This document shows, one piece after another, positions 21,076 through 30,658 of a DNA stretch of 64,000 nucleotides (position 1 is the stretch's first letter; each line of letters starts with the position of its first letter). Under the pieces are notes generated by a model. The model saw only the letters and a list, made by a program, of their open reading frames with translations, was not told the DNA's origin and did no database searches. The position numbers were made by a program, and so were the translations under genes. This DNA comes from Verrucomicrobiia bacterium (GTDB lineage: Bacteria > Verrucomicrobiota > Verrucomicrobiia > Limisphaerales > UBA11358): contig DATLVR010000119.1 of NCBI GenBank assembly GCA_035577265.1, positions 68,436 to 132,435 of the forward strand, written 5' to 3'.

Positions 21076-24000
21076 TTATGGATAAACCAACCGGAAAAAA
21101 GCACCACCTGTTGTCGGATCAATTAGATATGTCATTTGGTTCGTAGCCGCGGAACCAGGCAGCGTCACCCAATTTGTCCCCAGGCCGGCCCCCGGTGAGT
21201 TCGTCTGAATTTGTAACTGCCAGCCTGTGTGGTCCTGCGGCCAACTGAGTTGTATCTGGCCATTACTGACTCCAAAACCGAATTGAGGTGGGGTCGTTGA
21301 TACCGGTTGCGCAGCAACTGAAATAGAATTGGCGCTCTCGCCTACCGAGTTTATAGCAGACACGACAAAGTAATAAGTGATTCCATTCGTCAGCCCGGTA
21401 TTCGTGAAATTCAATGTTGTTAGATTTGTCGCGATGACGAGGTAGGTTCCGTTTGATATTGCAGCACGTTTTACATTGTAATTCGTGGCGTTACTGGAAG
21501 GATTCCAAGCCAAAACTACCCCCTCATCGCCGGCGATAGCTGTCAGTCCAGTCGGGGTAATGGCAAGCGGAGTCCCTAGCAGGCCTATTGCATAGTTCGT
21601 CTCAACATCGCCAGCCGTCAACACACCACTTTCAACGCGGGCGGATGCCACATAGCCCACAAATGGGTTGCCTCCGTTAACTGACGAGCCAACCCATAGT
21701 AGCGTTTGCGGAGTATTAAGGCTGCCTCCAACCGATCCATCCGGATGACCATCCTGATAAAGGCGCACGGTCGAACCATCAAACGTGCAAGCCAGATAGT
21801 GCCACCCAACCGTGGGCGGAGTGGACCATCCGACGTCCGGGCCAAAATTACCCGTGAAACCACCATAACCTGTGTTCAAATATGCCATTTCGCGAGCCTC
21901 ATGCGGGTTTGAACTTCCACCATCAACTCCATAACCCACAACGAAACTGCTTGCGGTGCCTGAGGTGGCATAAACCCAAGCCTCCACCGAGTATGGCGCA
22001 TTTCCAATAACCTCATTCGGCACCAGATTGCCTGATTTCACAGAATTGCCACTCACGCCGTTAACATAAACGGCTTTTATCAGACCAGACCCAAAGGCGA
22101 TGTTGGCCAAGTTCAGGTTGCCGCCGCCAAGCATGGAAAAATTTCCGACGCTATTGGCATTACTGGTCCGGTTCGTCCACACCTTGCTGCCAGTGGTCAG
22201 GTCCGCCGATTGGAGGTTTGCAATCAGGTTTCCTTCGAACCGCACCGCCAAATTGGTTCCAGGGGTAGCAGTGGCCTGCGTGGAACTGACACCCTGGCCC
22301 CAAAGGTTGACGGCCGAAACCACATAATAGTAGCTCGTGCCGTTTGTCAAACCAGTGTCGAGATAGCCCGGGCTGGTGATATTGGTCGCGATGGTGACAT
22401 AGAACCCGCCATTGGTGGTGGAGCGACCGATGTTGTAGCTGCCGGCACCGGAGGACGCAATCCAGTTCAAACTAACACGGGCGTTTCCAGGGGTGGCCGT
22501 CAGGCCCGTCGGCGCCGGGGGCGTGGCCCTAACCACATCATTGCTGCGAGAGGTGGGACTGACTGTTAACAGCGAAATGGCCCCATTGGTGTAGATGAGC
22601 CGAACCGTCGTGTTGCTTGCCGCGCATAACTTATAGTCAACGTTCCAGGTAGCGGGCCACGCCGGAAGAGGTCTAATTTCGCTTCCATTGCACTGCATTA
22701 ACATATACTGCAATCCCATCATAGCCGCGCCGCCGTTGTCCAGATCCGGCAAATAATCGTTATGTGATGTCCAAAAGGCGGGAAATCTGCACTGGCTGTC
22801 TTTCTGCGAAAAATTACTGATGACATCGGCCTGCGCGCTGCCGGTCAACCCGACCAGCGGCTCTTCAATGACATCCTGGGTCCAACAATTTTTATTATTT
22901 TGAACCACGCGGTTGTTGAAGGTGGCCAGACCAACATTGAAATTTGGCTTGCCGATCCCGTAAATCCGATAGGGAAATATGCAATAACATTCCGGGTTCT
23001 CCGAGTTGTGGGAAGCGCCGTAAGTCTGCGCGGGTATTACATAGGTGCCAGTGGCGTTCGTTGGCAATGGCGGGAGGGCGGCATGGCAATTGGTCCATTC
23101 ATTGATCAACGCCGGAGTGGTGAAATTGGTGGGCAAGGCCATGAGCTTTGGAATGTCGTTCATCAAACCCGAGATGTAATCCGTGGAGTTGGTGCAGTCC
23201 CAATACATTTCAATCGCATTGGCGGGGTAAAATTTAATTTTGCCATTCACCCGCGGCCAATGCTGGTCAAAAAAACGGATTGTCTGCGTCGCAAAGGGCA
23301 CAATATAGTTGGTGGCAAAGGCGCTGTCGCGCGTGTAATCGTAGTAGTCCAGCATCATGGCCAGCGTTTCCAGCGCACCCTGATAGTGATACCGGATGTA
23401 TTGATTGCCGGCGTTGGTGGCCGTGCTGCTGCCCCCCCAGTCAGTCAGCAGATACTGGCCAAAATAATTAAACGTTTCGGGAAAGAACGCGCCGCCGTGT
23501 CCATAATACTTGAGCGTTGCCGCTGTCTGAGAACCCATCATGTTGGTGTAACAATCAAACCACGGCTGCATCAGATCGAAGTCTCCCGAAGCCAGCAACG
23601 GCCAATAGAGATGACGGGTGTTTTGATGCCAATATCCCGGCCCCCATCTGCGGTAGTCACCATTTTGTCCGTTATAGTCAAATGTAAAGGTGCCGCCGTT
23701 GAACTTTATCGGATACTTTCCCCTGCCCTGACAGGCTTCCATAAAACGCTGTTCGAGATATCCACGTGTAACAGCAACGGCATTGGCATCGCCGCTGATA
23801 AAAATCCAACTCCGATTCCAAAACGCATCCCACCAGTTGAAGTGATTGGTCCTGGCCGTTTCGAGGTCCGTTGCATCCACCTGCGCGACCAGGTTGCTCA
23901 TCTGGTTCTGCCAGCCGGTCGCCGTGCCGGTTTGCGCGGTATAAGGATAAATGGACACCATGAAATGGGTGCCGGCTGCGGATTGCAAAGTGTAATTGCT

Positions 24001-24777
24001 CACCTTGCTCAAGTTGGTGGATTTAATGGTCGCGCCAAAAGTGCGGTTGATATACGGATCGGGAACGCTTGTCCAGAGACCGTTTAAATTCTCTCCGGCC
24101 AGAATCGTCTGATACAACGAAGTGGCATTGCGATGATACGAAACCAACCGGTCAGGCAACGACAAGACGGCATCCGCGGTTTCCGTCCAGCCATTGTTCA
24201 CGCCCCGCCAGCCGCCGGACGGCGGATCGTTGCCGTCGGTCGCCGTGTAAGGCGAACTCCGCCAGACTTCATTCGAACAAGTCATGGTGAACGACTGATC
24301 GCCAGTCGCCTCCACTCGAATCACCGGCTGGTTGGCATCAATCCAAACACGAAGATAAATCTGCGAACCGGGTGGTCCCGCGGCAACGTCAATCTCCCCG
24401 TGATAAAAATCCAGCGTCTGCTTAAAAGACGCGCCCAGCGCAAATGGATTTGGCGTGAAATGAATCCGGGTCCGGCCGATTTTCAACAGTCGCGTGCCTT
24501 CGCTCCAGCTATCCGACTTGCCGATATACATCATCAAATCGCCGCCGTTTTCCACCCAGACATTGGCGGTGACGTCGCCGTTACCGATGGGCATTGACCC
24601 TGGCGATCCATTGGTGCTGGGAGTAGTCCACACTTCATTGTAGTTGTTCAACTGAGATAGCACATCCGCCGGCAAACTGGCCGCGCGGACTTGTCCATTG
24701 CTGGCAAGAAGAAGACTGAACAACAAAATAAAAACCCGAAACGGCTTATCAGATTGCACTTTTTTGTTGTTACTCAT
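21076..24777 (-). CDS. Multidomain secreted enzyme: GH95-like/DUF5703-like catalytic region, FN3, LamG-like, FN3, C-terminal FFRLVYP module
   Basis: SMPIGNGDVTANVWVENGGDLMMYIGKSDSWSEG is paralogous to 17479..19767. FN3 units carry ...SYNIGRSTTNGGFYVTIA...GLTNGTSYYYVVSAVN. The concanavalin/LamG-like block contains YSVEAWVYAT...WHYLACTFDGSTVRLYQDG. Ends GGAFFRLVYP. Confidence 0.9.
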   Translation of the reverse strand: MSNNKKVQSDKPFRVFILLFSLLLASNGQVRAASLPADVLSQLNNYNEVWTTPSTNGSPGSMPIGNGDVTANVWVENGGDLMMYIGKSDSWSEGTRLLKIGRTRIHFTPNPFALGASFKQTLDFYHGEIDVAAGPPGSQIYLRVWIDANQPVIRVEATGDQSFTMTCSNEVWRSSPYTATDGNDPPSGGWRGVNNGWTETADAVLSLPDRLVSYHRNATSLYQTILAGENLNGLWTSVPDPYINRTFGATIKSTNLSKVSNYTLQSAAGTHFMVSIYPYTAQTGTATGWQNQMSNLVAQVDATDLETARTNHFNWWDAFWNRSWIFISGDANAVAVTRGYLEQRFMEACQGRGKYPIKFNGGTFTFDYNGQNGDYRRWGPGYWHQNTRHLYWPLLASGDFDLMQPWFDCYTNMMGSQTAATLKYYGHGGAFFPETFNYFGQYLLTDWGGSSTATNAGNQYIRYHYQGALETLAMMLDYYDYTRDSAFATNYIVPFATQTIRFFDQHWPRVNGKIKFYPANAIEMYWDCTNSTDYISGLMNDIPKLMALPTNFTTPALINEWTNCHAALPPLPTNATGTYVIPAQTYGASHNSENPECYCIFPYRIYGIGKPNFNVGLATFNNRVVQNNKNCWTQDVIEEPLVGLTGSAQADVISNFSQKDSQCRFPAFWTSHNDYLPDLDNGGAAMMGLQYMLMQCNGSEIRPLPAWPATWNVDYKLCAASNTTVRLIYTNGAISLLTVSPTSRSNDVVRATPPAPTGLTATPGNARVSLNWIASSGAGSYNIGRSTTNGGFYVTIATNITSPGYLDTGLTNGTSYYYVVSAVNLWGQGVSSTQATATPGTNLAVRFEGNLIANLQSADLTTGSKVWTNRTSNANSVGNFSMLGGGNLNLANIAFGSGLIKAVYVNGVSGNSVKSGNLVPNEVIGNAPYSVEAWVYATSGTASSFVVGYGVDGGSSNPHEAREMAYLNTGYGGFTGNFGPDVGWSTPPTVGWHYLACTFDGSTVRLYQDGHPDGSVGGSLNTPQTLLWVGSSVNGGNPFVGYVASARVESGVLTAGDVETNYAIGLLGTPLAITPTGLTAIAGDEGVVLAWNPSSNATNYNVKRAAISNGTYLVIATNLTTLNFTNTGLTNGITYYFVVSAINSVGESANSISVAAQPVSTTPPQFGFGVSNGQIQLSWPQDHTGWQLQIQTNSPGAGLGTNWVTLPGSAATNQMTYLIDPTTGGAFFRLVYP

Positions 24778-24785
24778 GGCTGGCT

Positions 24786-27218
24786 CTATGGATAGACCAA
24801 CCGGAAGAACACACTGCCATCGGTGGTGTTGATGGGCGCAGAGAACTGATTAGTCAGGTTTGAATTCGGCACGTTCACCCAGTTGGTGCCGATTCCGGCA
24901 TTCAACGAATTGGTTTGAATCTGCACACGCCAACCGAGGTGATCCACTGGCCAGCTAAATTGCATCAGGTTGCCGGCAGTCGTGAGACTGAGCTGGGGCA
25001 AAGCGGTGGACACGGTCTGCGCGCTGGCTTCAAGTGAATTCGGGCTTTCGCCAAACGAGTTCGTGGCCGTGACGACAAAATAATAAACCGTTCCGTTCGC
25101 CAGGCCGTTGTTGGTGTAAGCGAGACCGGCCACGTTGGGAGCGACGGTCGTGTAAGGCCCGTTGCTTACGGTTGCTCGCTTTACATTGTAGCCGGTTGCC
25201 CCGGAATTGGGAGGCCATGACACGCGAATTTGGCTCGACGACAGCGTCGTCGCCGTTAAACCAGCGGGCGCGGACGGTGGGAATGGCGGGAAGAGGCGAT
25301 TCGCCGGAATGATTTCTTTGGGCTGACTCGGACTTGACCAGGACAAACCGGCCGCCGCACCGCCCCCGTCTTCGTAGTAATCCATCTGGATGGAATATCG
25401 GGTGCCGGCGGCCAGCGCAATCGTCCCGCTGTTCTCGGTGGGCGAATGCCCCGTCCAATTGTTGACGAGTTGGACGCCGTTGACCCACAACCTCACGCCA
25501 TCATCAGATAACGTGTAAAATGTGTAAGTCTGGGAGAAAAGCGGCTGCACCTGGCCGGTCCAGCGCACGGAAAAGGTATCCACGCCGATGGAGGGGGCGG
25601 GCGAACCAGTGCCCCAATCAAAGTTCACGCCTGAATCCACGCGCGATAAAACAAATCCGGTCAGGTCAATGTTGTTGTAGTAATCACCCTTCAGTCCGAG
25701 CAGAACCGGCGCGGCCAAAACTTCCGCAGAGTCCGTGCTTTCTCCCAGCGAATTTACTGCTCTGACGGTGTAATAATAAATCGTGTCGTTGACCAATCCA
25801 GTATCGATATAGCTCACGAAACCCACATTCGTCGCGACGGTCGTGTAAGGTCCTCCGCTCACCGTTGCGCGCCGGACAGTATAGCTGGCGGCCTGCGCCG
25901 TTGCCGCCCACGTCAACCGGACTTGCGAGTTCCCGGATTCGGCCGCCAGATTCGTCGGCGCAGAGGGAATGATCGGTGGCAGCACAAACGGAGTGGTATG
26001 CGTCGCGTGAAAGGGAACCTGACCTTTGAACATGCGGCCTGCATCGCGCATTAATCGCAAATAAAAATCCGCGGAACAGTGGACTCCATCGGCATCCCAG
26101 TTGATAAACGATGACCCCAGCGGAGTCATGGACGCATCCTCGGCGGTGGGAATAAGCTGGGTCGCTTCATTAAATTCGTCATACATGGAAACATAAAGGC
26201 CATGAGATCCGATCTGCATCATGTTGACGACTTGATGCCACAGGTAGTCTCCATGCATCCGGCCGCCGGTCGGCGGGGTTTGCCAGCTGTGACCGGGCAC
26301 AATACAGGGCTGATAATCCAGGCCGTGGCTGTTGCAATAGGTCATGTCTCCCTGGTTCACACTGGAACGATACGAATCCGATCCGGCGGCATCGTTGAAT
26401 CTTCCGACCATCCACGGCGAGATCATGTGGAAGTTGGTGTAAACGTTCAGGAAATTCGTTTTGGAATCATTGATTGAATTGCGCCACCAGGTCGGCACGC
26501 CGCCAATCACGTAACAGCCCTGATTCTTGAACCAGTTGATCACCTCCGTGCAGGTGGCCTCATCTCCGGGCCGGTCCGTGAAGCCCATTCCCCAGATGCA
26601 CACGACTGGCTTGCCATTTTGCATCGCGTAGGCGGGGGAATTGGTGATGTTAATCTGGGCAATCATGTAGTTGGTCCAATCCGTCTTGATCTGCGTGGCG
26701 AAACTGTTCCAGCCGCTGATGTCATACATGATGTAGAACTTGCGGTTATAGGTCTCCGCCGCGCTTCGCACTTTGAGCGTCATTCCATTGCGAGTCGGGC
26801 CTTCGCCGCCAAACGGGTTGAAGCGTTGCAAGGCCGCCGTATCAATTTCGTTTTCCTGCATCCAGCGAAAATGCGTGTCCACCACCTGCTGATCATACGA
26901 AGAGAACAGGGTTGCGGGCTGTCCGTTGCCAAGATTCGTGAACGCCGTTTGAAAGCCCCTGGCATACTGCCGCATGTCGGGCCAGCCATAGATGCTGATA
27001 TTGTTCGACGACGGCGTTTGCGAGTTGGGCGTCCAATGCCACCAGGCGTTGATCGGCGATCCATCCGACGTGCAGGCGAACCAACCTTGATAGCCTACGC
27101 TTACCTTGCCAACGACGTCGCCGACGGGGCTGGCCGCAAACAACGAATTGCCGATGCACAAGAAGAGGCCGATGACAGGGACCGCCAGTAACCGGGTGCT
27201 GAAGCGAATGGTTTTCAT
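24786..27218 (-). CDS. Multidomain secreted enzyme: GYQGWF hydrolase-like domain, FN3, PA14, FN3, C-terminal FFRLVYP module
   Basis: The start was reset to MKTIRFSTRLLAVPVIGLFLCIG (ATG at 27218, 1 nt after the upstream stop). VGYQGWFACTSDGSPINAWWHW ... ISPWMVGRF ... MYDEFNEATQ marks the hydrolase-like domain. The PA14-like block is GLKGDYYNNIDLTGFVLSRVDSGVNFDWG...FSVRWTGQ...YTFYTLSDDGVRLWVNG. Ends GSVFFRLVYP. Confidence 0.9.
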   Translation of the reverse strand: MKTIRFSTRLLAVPVIGLFLCIGNSLFAASPVGDVVGKVSVGYQGWFACTSDGSPINAWWHWTPNSQTPSSNNISIYGWPDMRQYARGFQTAFTNLGNGQPATLFSSYDQQVVDTHFRWMQENEIDTAALQRFNPFGGEGPTRNGMTLKVRSAAETYNRKFYIMYDISGWNSFATQIKTDWTNYMIAQINITNSPAYAMQNGKPVVCIWGMGFTDRPGDEATCTEVINWFKNQGCYVIGGVPTWWRNSINDSKTNFLNVYTNFHMISPWMVGRFNDAAGSDSYRSSVNQGDMTYCNSHGLDYQPCIVPGHSWQTPPTGGRMHGDYLWHQVVNMMQIGSHGLYVSMYDEFNEATQLIPTAEDASMTPLGSSFINWDADGVHCSADFYLRLMRDAGRMFKGQVPFHATHTTPFVLPPIIPSAPTNLAAESGNSQVRLTWAATAQAASYTVRRATVSGGPYTTVATNVGFVSYIDTGLVNDTIYYYTVRAVNSLGESTDSAEVLAAPVLLGLKGDYYNNIDLTGFVLSRVDSGVNFDWGTGSPAPSIGVDTFSVRWTGQVQPLFSQTYTFYTLSDDGVRLWVNGVQLVNNWTGHSPTENSGTIALAAGTRYSIQMDYYEDGGGAAAGLSWSSPSQPKEIIPANRLFPPFPPSAPAGLTATTLSSSQIRVSWPPNSGATGYNVKRATVSNGPYTTVAPNVAGLAYTNNGLANGTVYYFVVTATNSFGESPNSLEASAQTVSTALPQLSLTTAGNLMQFSWPVDHLGWRVQIQTNSLNAGIGTNWVNVPNSNLTNQFSAPINTTDGSVFFRLVYP

Positions 27219-27219
27219 T

Positions 27220-30200
27220 TCATGGATAAACGAGACGGAAGAACGCGCTGCCGTTGGCGGAATCAATTGGGACAAAGACCTGATTGGTAAGAGCCGAACC
27301 GGAGACGGTTACCCAATTCGTTCCAAGTCCGGCGGCAATGGAATTAGTCTGCACTTCGAGCCGCCAGCCAAGGTGATCCGTCGGCCAGTTGAATTGCATC
27401 GTGCCGCTGCTCATTCCAAAGCCAAGTTGAAGCGGAGCGGTGGAAACCGGACGCACGCTGGCTTCGACTGAATTGGTGCTTTCGCCAAACGAGTTCGTGG
27501 CCGTGACGACAAAGTAGTAAGCCGTTCCGTTCAGCAATCCGGTATTGGTGCAAGCAAGCCCAGTCAGGTTGGTGGCAACGACAGCATAAGCTCCATTTGA
27601 AATAGTGGAGCGCTTCAAATTATAGCCGGTCGCGCCCGAAGCCGCCGCCCAATTCAACACCGCCTGGCTGTCGCCAGCCGTGGCTGTCAAACCTGTCGGC
27701 GTGGCGGGAGGCACACCCACCAAGAAAGTGAACGCCAATTCGGACAGTTGAAGGTTGCTGGCATCGCCGTTGTTGGTCGTGATGTTCAGCCGGTAATATT
27801 CATAACCGATGGTGTTGCTGATGGGATACTGCTTGGTCAGGAAACGGGTGGCAAACGTTTCTCCCGTGCGTGTGTCCAGCGCGGTCCAGGTCGTTCCATC
27901 GTGCGAGCCTTGGAATTGCCAGCTCTTGGGATCGCGTCCGGGCACATCGTTGGCGCTGGATAAATCGTAGCGAACGACAATCTTTGCGATTCCTCTGAAG
28001 TAATACTGCAACCACGCCGTGGTGCCGGAAGCCAGCCACTTGGTGCCCGTCGAACCATCGAACGCCTTGGCCGCCGTTTCGCTGGGAGCGTTCTCTGAAC
28101 TGGCCGACGCAATGCCAACCGATGGCAGTCCTGAAACTTCCAGGGAGTTTGTGCTCCCCCCGGCCGCATTCGTCGCACTGACCACGTAGTAATAGGTCGT
28201 GTTATTGACCAATCCGGCATTGGTGTAAGTGGTCGTGGTCGGACTGGCGATGGTTGCGTAAGGTCCGCCGCTCACGGTGGCGCGCTTGACGTTATAGCTG
28301 GCCGCGCCACTGGAAGACCTCCAGCTTAAGGTCACCACGCCATCGCCCGACGTAGCGGTCAGCCCGACTGGAATGGTGGGTGGCGGTTGAGGTTGAGTCG
28401 TCGCGCTGGCTTGGATGCTGTTGGTGCTTGGGCCGCCCGAGTTCACGGCCAAGACCACATAGTAATAGGTCGTATTGGGAACCAACCCAGTATCCCAATA
28501 TCCAGTCGCCGCGATGCCCGTGGCGATGTTGGTGTAAGGCCCGCCGTCAACCGTCGCCCGCTTGACATTATAGCTCGTCGCCGCAGCCGGAGCCGTCCAG
28601 CTCAAACTAACCTCGGTGCTGGAGACCGGCGTGGCCGCGAGATCAGTCGGAACAAGCAGCGGGGCGGCATTCAGGGGCAGAATTTCCACCCCGCTGGATT
28701 TTGCATTATCCGATGCGCCATTGGCATATTGAATGACGATCTGTCCGCTGCCATTGGCCGCGATGGTGTATTCCTTGATGGTGGCCTTGTTCTTGGCTCC
28801 GGCATCGGCAAAAATGTCATAGTTCGCCAATACTTGAGTCCCATTGATGAAAACGTTGAAGCGGCGCACGCCGGCAGCATTGTAAAAGATTTCCGCGAAA
28901 TGCAGCCGCACCTTGTAGCTGGTTCCAGCAACCAGATTGGTAAAGGTGTAAGTGTTATTATTCCAGCGTTCGGTCTGATAGACCGCCTGGGGTGCCGGAT
29001 TGGTCACACCGCTCGTGTCAATGGCTGAAGAAGTTGAGCCGGCATTTCCGCCAGAAAAACAAGCGTCGGCCGTGAACGGGCTCGCCGCGCTGCCACCCGA
29101 GTTCACCGAATAAAAAGCCGCCGGCGTAACGCTGATTTGCGTCGAGTCCGGACCCTCTCCCAGCGAGTTCACCATGCTGATGACATAGTAATAGGTCGTG
29201 CCATTGACCAGCCCGGCGTCAATGTAGCCGATCGCTCCCACATTCGTGGCGATGGTCGTGTAAGCTCCGCCGCTTACGACGGCCCGCTTGATATTGTAAC
29301 TGGTCGCGCCAGCAGACGCCGTCCAGCTCAAAGCAACCTGCGCGTTGCCACCATTGGCAGTCAAACCCTTCGGGGCGGCCGGGGCGGCGACCGGCAACAT
29401 GGGAAGAGTTGGCCGGGTTGCGGTCAGGGCCATTTGGCCTTTAAACATCCGGCCACCATCGCCGGTGAGTCTCAGGTAGTAGTCCGACGAGCAGGGCGTA
29501 CCATCTTGATCCAGTGTAAAATAAAGAGCCGGGGTTCCGATCGGACTCATAGAGGCGTTTTCCGCCGTGCAGGCGATCTGGTTTCCCTCGTTGAACTCAT
29601 CATACATGGAAATGTAAATCCCCTGGCAACCAGCCCGTTGCATGTTGTAGAACTGCCGCCACATGAAATTCCCATGCGCCCGCTGTCCCGTGTCGCCGGG
29701 CAAGACACACGGCTGATAATCAATCCCATTGGCGTTGCAATACGCTTGATCCGGCAGGTTCACGTTGTTGTAAAAATTATCCACATCGCCGGTGTTTCCA
29801 ATTCTGCCAACCATCCACGGCGAAATCATATTAAGCGCACTATATGCGCTCAGAAAATTCGTCCTGGAATCGCCATCCTCGGTCCGCCAATGAGTCGGCA
29901 CCCCGCCGATGACGTAGCAGCCCTGACCCTTGAACCAGTTGATCACTTCGCCGCAGGTAATCGCGTCCCAGGGATGATTGCCGTCGTTGAAGCCAAAGCC
30001 CCAGATGCACACAACCGGCTTGCCGTTTTGCGTCGCGTATGCCGGCGACACGGTCAGGGCTGACATTTTATTGGTCCAGTCAGCCTTGATTTCCGCCTGC
30101 ATGGTCGTCCAGCCGCTGACGTCATACATGATGTAAAATTTCCGGCCGTAAGTTTCCGCAGCCTTCCTGACTTTTATCGCCATCACATCACGAGTCGGAC

Positions 30201-30630
30201 CTTCACCTCCAGTTGGATTGAAACGTTGCAGGGCGGCGGTATCAATCCCGTTCTCCGCCATCCACCGGAAATGCGTGTCCACCGTCTGCTGGTCGTAGGA
30301 GGAAAACAGCGTGGCCGGCTGGCCATTGCCAAGATTGGTGAAACCGGTTTGATAGCCTTTGACGAACTGTCGCATGTCGGGCCAGCAGTGGATGCTGTTT
30401 GAGAGCGTGATGGGCGTGGGCGGCTGGGTTCCGCCGCTGTAATGCCACCAAGTGCCGATGGGAGCGCCATCGCCGGTGCACGCAAACCACCCCTGATAAC
30501 CCACGGTCACCTTGCCCACAACGTCGCCCACCGGACTTCCTCCCCGTGCCGGCTGGCCAAAACACGCCAGGGCAACAGCACCCAGAAATAAAATTAACCG
30601 GTGGGAATAATTGTTACGCATAGACTTCAT
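27220..30630 (-). CDS. Multidomain secreted enzyme: GYQGWF hydrolase-like domain, FN3, malectin-like, 2x FN3, F5/8 type C, FN3, C-terminal FFRLVYP module
   Basis: VGYQGWFACTGDGAPIGTWWHY ... ISPWMVGRI ... MYDEFNEGNQ marks the hydrolase-like domain. The malectin-like block is FYSVNSGGSAASPFTADACFSGGNAG...VYQTERW...YKVRLHFAEIFY...RRFNVFINGTQV. The discoidin-like block is AAKAFDGSTGTKWLAS. Ends GSAFFRLVYP. Confidence 0.9.
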   Translation of the reverse strand: MKSMRNNYSHRLILFLGAVALACFGQPARGGSPVGDVVGKVTVGYQGWFACTGDGAPIGTWWHYSGGTQPPTPITLSNSIHCWPDMRQFVKGYQTGFTNLGNGQPATLFSSYDQQTVDTHFRWMAENGIDTAALQRFNPTGGEGPTRDVMAIKVRKAAETYGRKFYIMYDVSGWTTMQAEIKADWTNKMSALTVSPAYATQNGKPVVCIWGFGFNDGNHPWDAITCGEVINWFKGQGCYVIGGVPTHWRTEDGDSRTNFLSAYSALNMISPWMVGRIGNTGDVDNFYNNVNLPDQAYCNANGIDYQPCVLPGDTGQRAHGNFMWRQFYNMQRAGCQGIYISMYDEFNEGNQIACTAENASMSPIGTPALYFTLDQDGTPCSSDYYLRLTGDGGRMFKGQMALTATRPTLPMLPVAAPAAPKGLTANGGNAQVALSWTASAGATSYNIKRAVVSGGAYTTIATNVGAIGYIDAGLVNGTTYYYVISMVNSLGEGPDSTQISVTPAAFYSVNSGGSAASPFTADACFSGGNAGSTSSAIDTSGVTNPAPQAVYQTERWNNNTYTFTNLVAGTSYKVRLHFAEIFYNAAGVRRFNVFINGTQVLANYDIFADAGAKNKATIKEYTIAANGSGQIVIQYANGASDNAKSSGVEILPLNAAPLLVPTDLAATPVSSTEVSLSWTAPAAATSYNVKRATVDGGPYTNIATGIAATGYWDTGLVPNTTYYYVVLAVNSGGPSTNSIQASATTQPQPPPTIPVGLTATSGDGVVTLSWRSSSGAASYNVKRATVSGGPYATIASPTTTTYTNAGLVNNTTYYYVVSATNAAGGSTNSLEVSGLPSVGIASASSENAPSETAAKAFDGSTGTKWLASGTTAWLQYYFRGIAKIVVRYDLSSANDVPGRDPKSWQFQGSHDGTTWTALDTRTGETFATRFLTKQYPISNTIGYEYYRLNITTNNGDASNLQLSELAFTFLVGVPPATPTGLTATAGDSQAVLNWAAASGATGYNLKRSTISNGAYAVVATNLTGLACTNTGLLNGTAYYFVVTATNSFGESTNSVEASVRPVSTAPLQLGFGMSSGTMQFNWPTDHLGWRLEVQTNSIAAGLGTNWVTVSGSALTNQVFVPIDSANGSAFFRLVYP

Positions 30631-30658
30631 TTAATTGCACAAAATTAATTAACGCTTA

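Noticed and set aside
27219-27275. Track start MSQLIPPTAARSSVSFIHE... for the 24786 gene, and the similar 50-aa extension of the DUF1080 gene (35329..35478)
   Set aside because: These extensions overlap the upstream gene or lack signal-peptide logic. Internal ATGs give canonical signal peptides and 1-nt operon spacing.
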